Virus record (IMG/VR): IMGVR_UViG_3300019360_000102
Span: 1 to 52,400 of that record
DNA: 52,400 nt
Direction: 5' to 3' (one strand)
From: a virus
Taxonomy: Duplodnaviria > Caudoviricetes
How positions within the stretch are numbered: the first letter of the stretch is position 1; each line of letters opens with the position of its first letter. Below the pieces are notes generated by a model that saw only the letters and a program-made list of their open reading frames with translations, was not told the origin of the DNA and did not search any database. Shown in pieces: positions 37,523-45,807 of the stretch. The position numbers were made by a program, and so were the translations under genes.

Positions 37523-37586
37523 CCGGCAAAATGACCGGCGGCCGAAGCCGTCGGTTGCTGGTGGCCGGGCACCAGAAATTTACCGG
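37523..37586 (-). promoter_or_regulatory. Candidate structured 5' leader (three-way junction with cUUCGg loop)
   Basis: P1 CCGGUAAAU/AUUUUGCCGG, P2 CUGGUG/CACCAG, P3 ACCGACGGC-UUCG-GCCGCCGGU. Confidence 0.4.
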
Positions 37587-37615
37587 CTATGCCTGCGCGT
37601 AAATGTGCTTCAATT

Positions 37616-38146
37616 TCATTTCACTATAGTCAGGTATTTGAGGATCGGGGGATGAAGCAAGGTCTCGACGTCCTGGGGCTGTGCCCATTCGGCCGTAGTC
37701 CAATTTTGCATGCGAACCACATACTGACTGAACTTCCTACAAAGTTCCAAATCAGTTTTCCCCGTAACCTTCTTAGGCTTATCGCACACGTTATCCATGA
37801 TCCAGTATGAGCCGTCTCGCTCAAACAACACCACGGCGTGGAGACCGCGATTACCGTCCGGGGTGACCCACTCGTACGCAAGTTTTTGGTTCGTTATACC
37901 TTTATCGTCAAGCGCCTGAGAAAGAGCCACCGCGTAAGGCTCGCACTGATTGTACCCGTAATGTCCGGGGAGTATGCGCCCCGCGATAGATTCATCGAAC
38001 CGGTTACCTTTGCCGAGCATCTCACGGCGCATGGCCGAGGAGCAGCCGGTTGCCAGCAGGACAAGCACTACGGCCATCACGAAGAGAATGAACGTGCGAA
38101 ACGCGCGCCCACTATTAAAAGTTTGAACTGAGGGATGTACTTTCAT
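37616..38146 (-). CDS. Lipoprotein with transglutaminase-like Cys-His-Asp triad
   Basis: Hydrophobic signal ending LATGC; NQCEPYA, LHAVV, WIMDN. Confidence 0.7.
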   Translation of the reverse strand: MKVHPSVQTFNSGRAFRTFILFVMAVVLVLLATGCSSAMRREMLGKGNRFDESIAGRILPGHYGYNQCEPYAVALSQALDDKGITNQKLAYEWVTPDGNRGLHAVVLFERDGSYWIMDNVCDKPKKVTGKTDLELCRKFSQYVVRMQNWTTAEWAQPQDVETLLHPPILKYLTIVK

Positions 38147-38180
38147 TATTTGTCTTTTTGTTAATTGTTTAGTAATGGCT

Positions 38181-38221
38181 AAAGAAAAAGTAGACCGCCC
38201 AGCCGATTTCAGGCTGGGCGG
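38181..38221 (-). terminator. Probable intrinsic terminator
   Basis: CCGCCCAGCC-N7-GGCTGGGCGG followed by TCTACTTTTTCTTT on the minus strand. Confidence 0.6.
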
Positions 38222-38665
38222 CACATGCTGGGCCTATCGTTCATGAATGACAGAGCCAAAGCCCAACGTGGATCGTCTACAGGCGCGGTCTAGCGACCAT
38301 CTTTTGGTGAGTCCGAAAACCTGTAACCGGTCGGGGAGGGTCGGGGGAAGCTGACTGCCTGGTCGTCCTGAAGCCAGGCAGTTGGGCGGGAGGCGCGTTA
38401 TCGCTTCTCAACCGCGGGCGACGGACGCAAGGAAATGACGCGCGTCCGTCGTACTGTGTCGAGCCGTACTTGTAGCCACGAACGAGGTACTGCTTGTAAT
38501 GCACGGTGACCGGGATGATGGTCACGGCAGCAGCCTCAAGTTCTTGGGCAACTTTCGGATCGGACACAGAGATTAAGGTAATTATCGCGCGGTCCAACTC
38601 CTGACCGCGCGATGTGAGGGACGGGGCGTGTGGAGCCAGTCTGGCTGGTGAGTTCCCCGCCAGCT

Positions 38666-39199
38666 TTAGGCGATGGCGACCTGAACGTTGGCCTCGGCCG
38701 GTGCAGCCTGAGCCTTGGCGGCATCAAACTGGGCGCGGTAGCTGTCAAGCGCCGCAGCGATCACCAGATCAACCTGACGCACATCGGCCCGGCTCAATGC
38801 CTGTATGTCGCGATACGCCTGATTGAATCCGATGGCGACCAATTCCGCCCTGGCAATAGCGGCCTGCAGATCGAGCTGGGTGACTTCCGAGTCCAGCGTG
38901 ATCAACACGCGCCCCGGCACCGATCCCGGAACCGCAATGGTTTCAATGATTGACACCGTGAAGGTTTTGTTCGGCCCGGCCGTTCCTTCATTGGCCGAGT
39001 AGTGGACCTTGGCAAACGTGTTGGCTGCGTAATGACGGATGTCCATACCGCTCGGCCGGCGCAGGGCCTCGCCTACGCGGCGGCCGAGACCGAAGCCGAA
39101 GATCTCGCCAACAGCCGACATGAAGCGGCTGAATGTAGTGGATGTTTCAATTTCATTGACACCAGCCGCGAAGGCCGGTCCGACAGGATATTGGTTCAT
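38666..39199 (-). CDS. Hypothetical protein
   Basis: 177-aa ORF preceded by a GAAA-tetraloop hairpin leader (39231-39252). Confidence 0.6.
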   Translation of the reverse strand: MNQYPVGPAFAAGVNEIETSTTFSRFMSAVGEIFGFGLGRRVGEALRRPSGMDIRHYAANTFAKVHYSANEGTAGPNKTFTVSIIETIAVPGSVPGRVLITLDSEVTQLDLQAAIARAELVAIGFNQAYRDIQALSRADVRQVDLVIAAALDSYRAQFDAAKAQAAPAEANVQVAIA

Positions 39200-39278
39200 A
39201 GATGTACTTGTACTTGTGGTTAACGTTAACGAGCGGACCTTTCGGTCCGTTCAAAACCTTATAGCACAAGGACTAGCT

Positions 39279-39794
39279 CTATTGCGCCTTAACCAGGCGG
39301 TCCGTGAACAAGATACCATCAAGATGGTCAACCTCGTGTTGTATAACCCGGGCGATCATACCAGTGAAGACAGCCTCGTACGGCGCGCCGGAACGGGCGA
39401 GCCATTTCACCTTTATACTAAGGGGGCGATCAACTTCCCCGGTGATACCGGGTTGGCTGAGGCAGCCCTCCATCATCCTGGAGGTCGGCGAGTCCACCGC
39501 GGTGATCTCGGGGTTGATCAAGACCATTGGCAGCCAGTCATTTAGGTCGTCAACCTCACGGCCTTCCATTTCCATCTTGGAGGAACGCCTCGAATTGCGT
39601 GGATCAATCACCGCAATACGGGTGGCGACGGCAACCTGATTTGCAGCCAAGCCGATACCTCGTGCCTCGTACATGGTTTCGAGCATGCTATCGATGAGAT
39701 TCTGCACTTCAGGCGTATGTGGATCCGCGACGGGCGTCGCACGTTGACGAAGTACAGGGGCCCCCTTGAGCACAATCGGAAGGAAGTTTGGCAT
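39279..39794 (-). CDS. def: Peptide deformylase
   Basis: All three signature motifs: GIGLAANQV, EGCLS, QHEVDHLDG. Confidence 0.97.
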   Translation of the reverse strand: MPNFLPIVLKGAPVLRQRATPVADPHTPEVQNLIDSMLETMYEARGIGLAANQVAVATRIAVIDPRNSRRSSKMEMEGREVDDLNDWLPMVLINPEITAVDSPTSRMMEGCLSQPGITGEVDRPLSIKVKWLARSGAPYEAVFTGMIARVIQHEVDHLDGILFTDRLVKAQ

Positions 39795-39828
39795 AGTTTC
39801 GGTTCAATAGTTCAAGCGTGGCTTTAAC

Positions 39829-39861
39829 AAAAAGCCCCATCCTAAGCAAAGGACGGGGCTT
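39829..39861 (-). terminator. Intrinsic terminator
   Basis: AAGCCCCGTCCT-N6-AGGATGGGGCTT followed by TTT on the minus strand. Confidence 0.75.
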
Positions 39862-39877
39862 CAAGGTCAGGACTGGC

Positions 39878-41080
39878 TTACACTTCGCCGTCTTGACGAT
39901 AGTAGTACTTGCCGCCCACGATGGCGAAGTCACGAACATCCACGTAAGAGAACACGGTGTCCTTCTGTTGCGTATCGACGTCGGCAATGATGAAACCATT
40001 ATTCCATTTCTGAGCATCCGTGTAGCTGGCGCTACGACGGTGCATGGCGCCGCACTGGTGAAACTCGTACGCGCCGTAGGCGATCGACGTGTTCGACCAG
40101 ACAATGTGCTTATGGTGGTGCCCACAGAACCCAGGGAGCCCGAGCTGGGCGCCTTCCGGGAAGTGATGGGCCACCAGGGAGTTCCAGTACACCTTATAGT
40201 TGCGCGCCTGTTCCTTCTTTATGTCAACTTCCCGCCAGGCGGCGAGATCGGCCTTGCCGATGTAGTTGATGTGGAACTTGTCCAAGCCAAGCAGAGTCGA
40301 GACGGACATACCGTGCAGATCGGCCAGCACGACGCGCATGGCCGGCGAGTTGTCCGCCAAATGCCGAACCAGGCGGAACTCATGGTTACCTTCGACCAGG
40401 TCGATCTGGGCATTCGGCGCCGCCTTGCGAAGTGGAGCCAATACGTTCTCGTGTACGAACTTGATGCGACCGACCACGTCCCATTCGCGAGGATCGACGG
40501 TGTACTTGCCGAACTCCGGGAGGTCAAACAGGTCGCCGTTGATGCAAATCACGTCGGGCTGGATACGCTTGACAGCGTCAAGTGCAACTCGCAGTACAAA
40601 TGGATCGCAAGAGCGATCGTGGATGTCGCACAGGCCAATGAGGGTCTGGTATCTCGACTTGTTGACCCTGACGAAACGCTCGGCGTAGTCCGCGCGTATC
40701 CGGTTCAACTCACGGTAGTGATCGTGCGCCGCGTGCTTCGCGGTCTCGCGTTCCAGCTTATGCTGCTGGCGCGTGAGGACAATGCCAGCTTGCCGTTTGA
40801 ATTCGTGAAATGTCCCGAAGAATCGATTCCATACCGACTCGGAATACTTACCGACGTTGCGGTAGTAGTTCCGCGAGATAACTTGTTCGGGATCTGCGAG
40901 TGCAACCCTGCGCAGGTCGTTGATACAATCCTGCGGCGTAGCCGAGTAGTCCTGCTTGTCCGATGATTCCGACATCGGAATCTTCGGACCTTGGTACGCG
41001 AGCGTGCGACCTTTGGGTTGGTGAGGGCGCTGAGGCTTGACGGGAGGTTCGACAATAGCTGTCGTCTTCTTTGATGCCAT
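39878..41080 (-). CDS. Calcineurin-like metallophosphoesterase with N-terminal helical domain
   Basis: DIH, NGDLFD, GNHE, AHH and GHHH motifs. Confidence 0.88.
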   Translation of the reverse strand: MASKKTTAIVEPPVKPQRPHQPKGRTLAYQGPKIPMSESSDKQDYSATPQDCINDLRRVALADPEQVISRNYYRNVGKYSESVWNRFFGTFHEFKRQAGIVLTRQQHKLERETAKHAAHDHYRELNRIRADYAERFVRVNKSRYQTLIGLCDIHDRSCDPFVLRVALDAVKRIQPDVICINGDLFDLPEFGKYTVDPREWDVVGRIKFVHENVLAPLRKAAPNAQIDLVEGNHEFRLVRHLADNSPAMRVVLADLHGMSVSTLLGLDKFHINYIGKADLAAWREVDIKKEQARNYKVYWNSLVAHHFPEGAQLGLPGFCGHHHKHIVWSNTSIAYGAYEFHQCGAMHRRSASYTDAQKWNNGFIIADVDTQQKDTVFSYVDVRDFAIVGGKYYYRQDGEV

Positions 41081-41086
41081 AACGAG

Positions 41087-41116
41087 AATTTAACCTGAAG
41101 TTGTCGGCCGTGTCAA
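41087..41116 (-). promoter_or_regulatory. sigma70-like promoter, predicted leaderless
   Basis: TTGACA-N18-TAAATT-N6-ATG(41080). Confidence 0.75.
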
Positions 41117-41145
41117 CTCGACGACTTCTGATGCGTAGTGTTCGT

Positions 41146-41379
41146 TTACTTGACAGCTGCGGGACACGTGTGCTTTGTCGAGTTGAGAGGTTTGTGAATG
41201 AAGTGCCGGGCGGTGCAGGACATGCACTCGTATCCAGTCTCGATGGTGTTTACCTTCGGGTCGAATCCGACCATATACTGCCCCATGAAGCGCCACTCCG
41301 GCTTCTCTCCACAGGCAGGGCAGACTTCGGGGGCTGGCGGGACGCCAAAGGGGTGGTACGGCGGAGTTGGTTCGCTCAT
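41146..41379 (-). CDS. Small zinc-ribbon protein
   Basis: CPAC...CMSC; ATGA coupling. Confidence 0.6.
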   Translation of the reverse strand: MSEPTPPYHPFGVPPAPEVCPACGEKPEWRFMGQYMVGFDPKVNTIETGYECMSCTARHFIHKPLNSTKHTCPAAVK

Positions 41380-41807
41380 ACGGTATTAACTTTCCGAAAA
41401 GCAGCTTCGCCGTTGCTGAACGTACCGATTTTCAACACCGAGCCGTCGGGGAAGGATTTATGGATCAGCTCTTGAAACCCGGCGACCAGATTCTCACACC
41501 AGGCTTTGGACATCTCCGGGTGTCTATTGGGGTATTCGTCGAACGGGACGAGTGACACGGCCACTAGCCCGTAGTACTCGCTGACGGTGACGAAGCCGTG
41601 ACGGTTTTCAAGTATGACGCGACACTCACAATCGACCCAGCGTTCCTGGTTAGGCACGCTGAAGGATTTGTATCTGCCCTGGATAACCTGCGCCAGGTCT
41701 TCTGTGAAGTCATCCCAGGCAAGCTCATGGTCGTCGTGAACGTCGGGTTGGTAGATGAGGTACACGTCAGCGACGGAACCTCGGGGAATCATTACGGAAC
41801 GGCCCAT
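41376..41807 (-). CDS. Hypothetical phage protein
   Basis: MGRSV...VSEYYGLVAVSLVP...GTFSNGEAAF. Confidence 0.65.
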   Translation of the reverse strand: MGRSVMIPRGSVADVYLIYQPDVHDDHELAWDDFTEDLAQVIQGRYKSFSVPNQERWVDCECRVILENRHGFVTVSEYYGLVAVSLVPFDEYPNRHPEMSKAWCENLVAGFQELIHKSFPDGSVLKIGTFSNGEAAFRKVNTV

Positions 41808-41810
41808 ATA

Positions 41811-41838
41811 GAAAAGGAAAAGCCCCATTGCTGGGGCT
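41811..41838 (-). terminator. Terminator-like hairpin abutting the next start codon
   Basis: AGCCCCA-GCAA-TGGGGCT followed by TTTCCTTTTC, then TATATG. Confidence 0.55.
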
Positions 41839-41894
41839 GACTGATCCGAACTGGTGCGCCTTTCGGCGTTACGGATACTGTTGAATAAAGCGCG

Positions 41895-42290
41895 CTACTT
41901 CACGATCTGCTTCAAACAGAACGCAACCTGGTGTTCAGCCAATCCGTAGAACTTGCCTAGCTCGTAGATGTCGGTGAAACAGGGAATGCCGCGCTCCTTG
42001 GCCCGACTAAATTCTTCACGGGTGCCGGAGCTGCGTTCCCAATCTGGAGTCAAGAAAACCGCGTCACAGACATGCAACATAGACAGATCGCCATTAAGCC
42101 AGACTTGATCAGGAAGGGAGTCCTGAAAATGAGCAGTATTGGCGTGAGGACATACCGCGGCCAGCCCGGGATATGCGATTGCGAGCGACCAGACCTGAAG
42201 GGCGGCACGTTCGGCATTACGCACGTTTTCCGCAACCGCAAAGTGTGATTTGCCCCGAAAGGGGCCGGCAATATAGACGAGACCGTTCAT
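41895..42290 (-). CDS. DUF4406/nucleoside 2-deoxyribosyltransferase-like protein
   Basis: VYIAGPFRG, CPH, CDAVFLTPDWERSSGTREE; start moved to MNGLVY. Confidence 0.75.
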   Translation of the reverse strand: MNGLVYIAGPFRGKSHFAVAENVRNAERAALQVWSLAIAYPGLAAVCPHANTAHFQDSLPDQVWLNGDLSMLHVCDAVFLTPDWERSSGTREEFSRAKERGIPCFTDIYELGKFYGLAEHQVAFCLKQIVK

Positions 42291-42294
42291 GAGT

Positions 42295-42906
42295 CTATGG
42301 AGTTTCCTTCCGCCTGAAGTAACTGGGCGGAAGTACGTGAAATACCCAAGGTACCCCAAGGCTGTCGGATCCGCCCTTATCGCCTCGGTCGCCCTTATCG
42401 CCGCGGCCGTTACCTTGAGTACCCTTACCGCCGTTGCCATTCCGGTTGCCCTGATCCTTACCGTTACCTTCGCCCTTGGTGAGTTTGCCGGTAACGGTCT
42501 GTCCGTTGTTGAGCTGACTCATTACAGCCTGCAGCTGCTCATGCAACTCACGGCTGTACGGTAGCTTGAACAAGCGGGGCTCCGGGTGAGCGGCGTTATA
42601 GCCGAACGTATGCAGGAAAAGATTGTGGCGTGTGGGAGGATGTTCGATCAGGATGTAGATACCGCCGGGCGACCCGATAGAAGGGCTTGGCTCTTTAATC
42701 ACGATATGCCTAATCGTAATAACCGTGGGCATATTCTTGTGCGCTGCCCACCCCATAATGGAATCTAGCGACAAGGACATAGCGACGCAGAATCCGAAGA
42801 ACCCGGCGATGATGCCGGTCCGGACCCAAATGTGCTTGGTGTCTCGAATGACCCAGAATACAGCCGCGAACAGGAGCAGCAAGAAAATAGGGAACGCAAT
42901 CAGCAT
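42295..42906 (-). CDS. Membrane protein, third gene of the MotA/TolQ-type module
   Basis: Two N-terminal TM helices, EPRLFKLPYSRELHEQL, Gly/Asn/Lys-rich tail. Confidence 0.65.
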   Translation of the reverse strand: MLIAFPIFLLLLFAAVFWVIRDTKHIWVRTGIIAGFFGFCVAMSLSLDSIMGWAAHKNMPTVITIRHIVIKEPSPSIGSPGGIYILIEHPPTRHNLFLHTFGYNAAHPEPRLFKLPYSRELHEQLQAVMSQLNNGQTVTGKLTKGEGNGKDQGNRNGNGGKGTQGNGRGDKGDRGDKGGSDSLGVPWVFHVLPPSYFRRKETP

Positions 42907-42909
42907 AGA

Positions 42910-43521
42910 TCAATATGGTGATTCGCCATCCTGGTGCTGGCCGTCATTGAGGATACGGGCAGGCAGCCGATTGATGTCGGCGATGGTGACGTGGTTGTTC
43001 TGATTGGCGAGCGTAAACCGAAAGAAAGTAATTTCTTCTCCAGTGCGAGTGAACTCGTGTTCCTCGGATGCCGGCATCGCGTAGGGTTTGATCTTGATGA
43101 GCCTTACCTTGGCCTTCAGCGGAGTGGGCGTCTTGTTCATATTGTACGAATGCACGTTGACGACGAACTCCCCGGGGACGAAGCCACGCACCGTTGCGAT
43201 CTCCTCGTTGACCGGATTGACCACCTTACCTTCGGCGTTGACCTCGGTACGTCGGGCGCCAAGGCAATCGCGGTTAAGGCTGCAGAGACTTCCGTCGCCA
43301 CCTTCGCGGCTGGAGAAGCCGATGCGACGACCCTGGGGATCTTGAATCCACAGGTCCAGATCTGCATCGCCCTCCCAGGTCAACACGATCTCGTAGATCG
43401 CGTTCGGCTTGTAGGCTGATTCCGTCGGGGTGGTGTGACGGATCAGGCTGGCGATCACCACGAATACCATCAAGAAGCAGAACAGCGCGTCCAGGTAGGA
43501 CGTTGCGTATTTATTGTTCAT
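42910..43521 (-). CDS. MotB/ExbD-like TM anchor plus YfaP/DUF2135-like domain
   Basis: YLDALFCFLMVFVV (Asp at TM start); LTWEGDADLDLWIQDPQG; NEEI..GEFVVNVHSY. Confidence 0.65.
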   Translation of the reverse strand: MNNKYATSYLDALFCFLMVFVVIASLIRHTTPTESAYKPNAIYEIVLTWEGDADLDLWIQDPQGRRIGFSSREGGDGSLCSLNRDCLGARRTEVNAEGKVVNPVNEEIATVRGFVPGEFVVNVHSYNMNKTPTPLKAKVRLIKIKPYAMPASEEHEFTRTGEEITFFRFTLANQNNHVTIADINRLPARILNDGQHQDGESPY

Positions 43522-44002
43522 GGTTGGTGTGCAACAGAATATGGCGTTGCAGTGTAAGCGGAATAGCTGCGCTCATGCCAACCACGGTCGTGTAAAGTGC
43601 GGTACAGCAACCGGAGTACAGCTGCTTCACGATCATGCTCACGTCGGGCGCGCTTGTTTGCGTACCGAGGGCCTTGTCCATCATGATGCAGAATCCGATC
43701 AGGGTGCCGAGCAAGCCTAGACCCATAAAGGTCTGCGCCGCGTACTCGATGTGCTCCATACGCTGTGCGAGCCAGTCAAAACGACCGGATCTACAAGCTT
43801 CGCGGAAGCCCCGGCGATCAAACTGACGGGCAACCCAGAGCAGGTAAACTGACACCGGGAGATAGGTCGCCATGATGGTCACGCAGATGTATGACGCATC
43901 ATTCTTGATGATCTTTGTGAAAAGCCCCTGGGTGCCGGCAAGAACACATGCGGTCATCACGACAGCCCAGACGATGAAGCACTTTAGGAAGTTAGATTTC
44001 AT
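43511..44002 (-). CDS. MotA/TolQ/ExbB proton-channel family protein
   Basis: FMGLGLLGTLIGF and TALYTTVVG motifs; four hydrophobic segments. Confidence 0.85.
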   Translation of the reverse strand: MKSNFLKCFIVWAVVMTACVLAGTQGLFTKIIKNDASYICVTIMATYLPVSVYLLWVARQFDRRGFREACRSGRFDWLAQRMEHIEYAAQTFMGLGLLGTLIGFCIMMDKALGTQTSAPDVSMIVKQLYSGCCTALYTTVVGMSAAIPLTLQRHILLHTNHEQ

Positions 44003-44055
44003 TTCAATATAAGAGGTCTCACACAGAAGCGCCACTGTCAAACCCCGGCCTGCAG

Positions 44056-44760
44056 TTAGTCGGGTATGCCCAGTGTCTTACCGTGAAGGTCCTCGGGACT
44101 TAGCCAGCGATAGACGCCCTTCTTCCTGTCCTTGAAGCGTTGGTATATCTTCCCGTCCGAGCCGATCTTGGTGCCCCAGGCCGCACGGGTGTCGACGCCG
44201 GCCCTAGAAGATTCTGGTCCAGAGATCACGTCGATGAACCCAAAGCTACTCGGATGAAGTGCTTGTGCTTCTTGCGATATAGACTCCTCGCTGGGTAGCC
44301 CGCCAGGCCCCATTTGGGTGATCCGGCGGGACTGCTCTACCAAGTGCATCGGGTTGATTTCTTCGAGCGGACTTGAAAGTGGGTTACCGATCAGCAACCC
44401 GGTGGCATAACCGTCGAAGTGGCTTGGCTGAAGAGCTTTGAGATTACGCATCCGCGAAAGTCGCCTCATGGCATTTAGTCGCAACTTGCCGGCGTCCAGA
44501 TCGACACGCTCAGCCATGAGCTTATCGGGACCCAAAATGGTGCGGTACATGAGTGCGTCCCGCTCGTCCGGGTCGGCCTCGCCGCGGTTGACCGCGATAA
44601 GCTTGCGGGTTGCATGCAGGATGGTGTCAATATCTACGGATACATCCGTAGGGTCATGCGCCAACTGCTTCATCGGCTTCGGGAGGGCCGATGACTGTTT
44701 CACCGCGGGTTCCTCTTTGAGGCCGAGGGCCGTGATGAGCTTCTGTCGAAGCTTGTCCAT
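44056..44760 (-). CDS. RNA polymerase beta middle fragment (fork/rifampicin region)
   Basis: DERDAL.YR and NPLSSPLEEINP..SRRITQMGPGGL..HPSSFGFID..PES..GV align to RpoB DDIDHL and SQLSQFMDQNNP..KRRISALGPGGL..HPTHYG. Confidence 0.92.
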   Translation of the reverse strand: MDKLRQKLITALGLKEEPAVKQSSALPKPMKQLAHDPTDVSVDIDTILHATRKLIAVNRGEADPDERDALMYRTILGPDKLMAERVDLDAGKLRLNAMRRLSRMRNLKALQPSHFDGYATGLLIGNPLSSPLEEINPMHLVEQSRRITQMGPGGLPSEESISQEAQALHPSSFGFIDVISGPESSRAGVDTRAAWGTKIGSDGKIYQRFKDRKKGVYRWLSPEDLHGKTLGIPD

Positions 44761-45296
44761 TACAGCGCGGTAGAAGGTCCGCGTGCTGCATTCATCCGCG
44801 CCTGGTTACCCCAGGATTCCCAAAATCCTCCCGGATAATTCCACCATCTTGGAAATTGTCGCTTGAAGTCCTCATAACCTTTACCAGAGTGCCGCTGTAT
44901 CGATTTAGACCAAGCCCCGCGGGCGTCGAAGGGATTGATGTCACGGCCCAATTGGCCAATACTTCGGCCAGCGCCCTGCCAGTTACCCTGGATTACATTG
45001 CCTAGTGCGTCAACGGCAGATCCGGCGGCACCGGTAATACCGCTCTCGCGGCCAGTCCCTTTACCGCCAGCGCTGACGAGACCTAGCAGGGGAGAGAGCA
45101 CAGTACGCGCAGCCCCGCCGAGTGTGCCGCCAACTGCTCCCATGAATGAAGGTTTGACGCCGGGGGAGAACTGCCGCTCGCCAGTCAAGTAATGCGTTAT
45201 GCCCGCCGGCTGCTGGGCTGCTGGCCTAATGGCCGGCACGCCCATGTCGGGGACGTTGATTACGTTGGCCAGCTTGAGCATCTGAGAACTGCGCAT
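44760..45296 (-). CDS. Gly-rich protein with K-x-A motif
   Basis: MRSSQMLKLAN; TAATG coupling to the beta-middle gene. Confidence 0.6.
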   Translation of the reverse strand: MRSSQMLKLANVINVPDMGVPAIRPAAQQPAGITHYLTGERQFSPGVKPSFMGAVGGTLGGAARTVLSPLLGLVSAGGKGTGRESGITGAAGSAVDALGNVIQGNWQGAGRSIGQLGRDINPFDARGAWSKSIQRHSGKGYEDFKRQFPRWWNYPGGFWESWGNQARMNAARGPSTAL

Positions 45297-45302
45297 GTCA
45301 AG

Positions 45303-45331
45303 AGTTTAACTCAGCCGTTTATGAGTTTCCA
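45303..45331 (-). promoter_or_regulatory. sigma70-like promoter, predicted leaderless
   Basis: TGGAAA-N17-TAAACT-N6-ATG(45296). Confidence 0.6.
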
Positions 45332-45807
45332 GCGGAATTCTCACGCACGTTTTGTAGTGCATGTACCTTTCTTGCACGATACAAGACAGGCTTCCTGCCG
45401 ACATGTACCTTTCTTGCATGATACAAGACAGGTTTTCTGCTGAATCGCCTGGTATCCACTAGGTACTGCAGCCACGTAGAAAGCCTAAGATACGGTCGCC
45501 AGAACCAATACGGTCTGCGGGTCATACAGGCGACATTATTCATGCCGAGCAGGTTGAAGTGATAAGCGCGTGTCGCCTGGTGCCCACCCGTACAGTCGGG
45601 GAAGCAGCCAAATACCAGCATGCCGCGTATGCCACACCAGGAGTCCGATGTGGTCAGGCCGGCCGCAAACAAGACGGTCCGAGATGCTTCGGAGTCGGGG
45701 TACATGCGGTTAGACCGATAAAGGTAGATCGCCTTGCTAGAGGCGTTGACCCACCGCGTAGACACGAAGAACCTAATGCGTAGCAATGATTTGAGATACT
45801 CGATCAT
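45319..45807 (-). CDS. Hypothetical protein
   Basis: Fills the gap in the operon; contains an in-frame 14-aa duplication. Confidence 0.4.
   Translation of the reverse strand: MIEYLKSLLRIRFFVSTRWVNASSKAIYLYRSNRMYPDSEASRTVLFAAGLTTSDSWCGIRGMLVFGCFPDCTGGHQATRAYHFNLLGMNNVACMTRRPYWFWRPYLRLSTWLQYLVDTRRFSRKPVLYHARKVHVGRKPVLYRARKVHALQNVRENSAGNS
45360..45440. repeat. 42-bp tandem duplication (about 2 copies)
   Basis: CATGTACCTTTCTTGCA(C/T)GATACAAGACAGG at 45360 and 45402; encodes RKPVLY(H/R)ARKVH twice. Confidence 0.9.

Noticed and set aside
38666-38710. tmRNA tag-like C-terminus (AEANVQVAIA) suggesting an ssrA gene
   Set aside because: It is the end of a 177-aa ORF and no tRNA-like tmRNA termini were found; at most a degron.
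39818-40966. 382-aa plus-strand ORF
   Set aside because: Antisense to the motif-complete metallophosphoesterase; no motifs of its own.
41895-42440. N-terminal extension of the DUF4406-like ORF in the track
   Set aside because: Overlaps the low-complexity tail of the upstream gene; the family motif starts at MNGLVYIAG (42290).
42295-44002. Zorya defence system or flagellar stator
   Set aside because: No long ZorA tail, no OmpA-like domain, and no zorC/D/E or flagellar genes.
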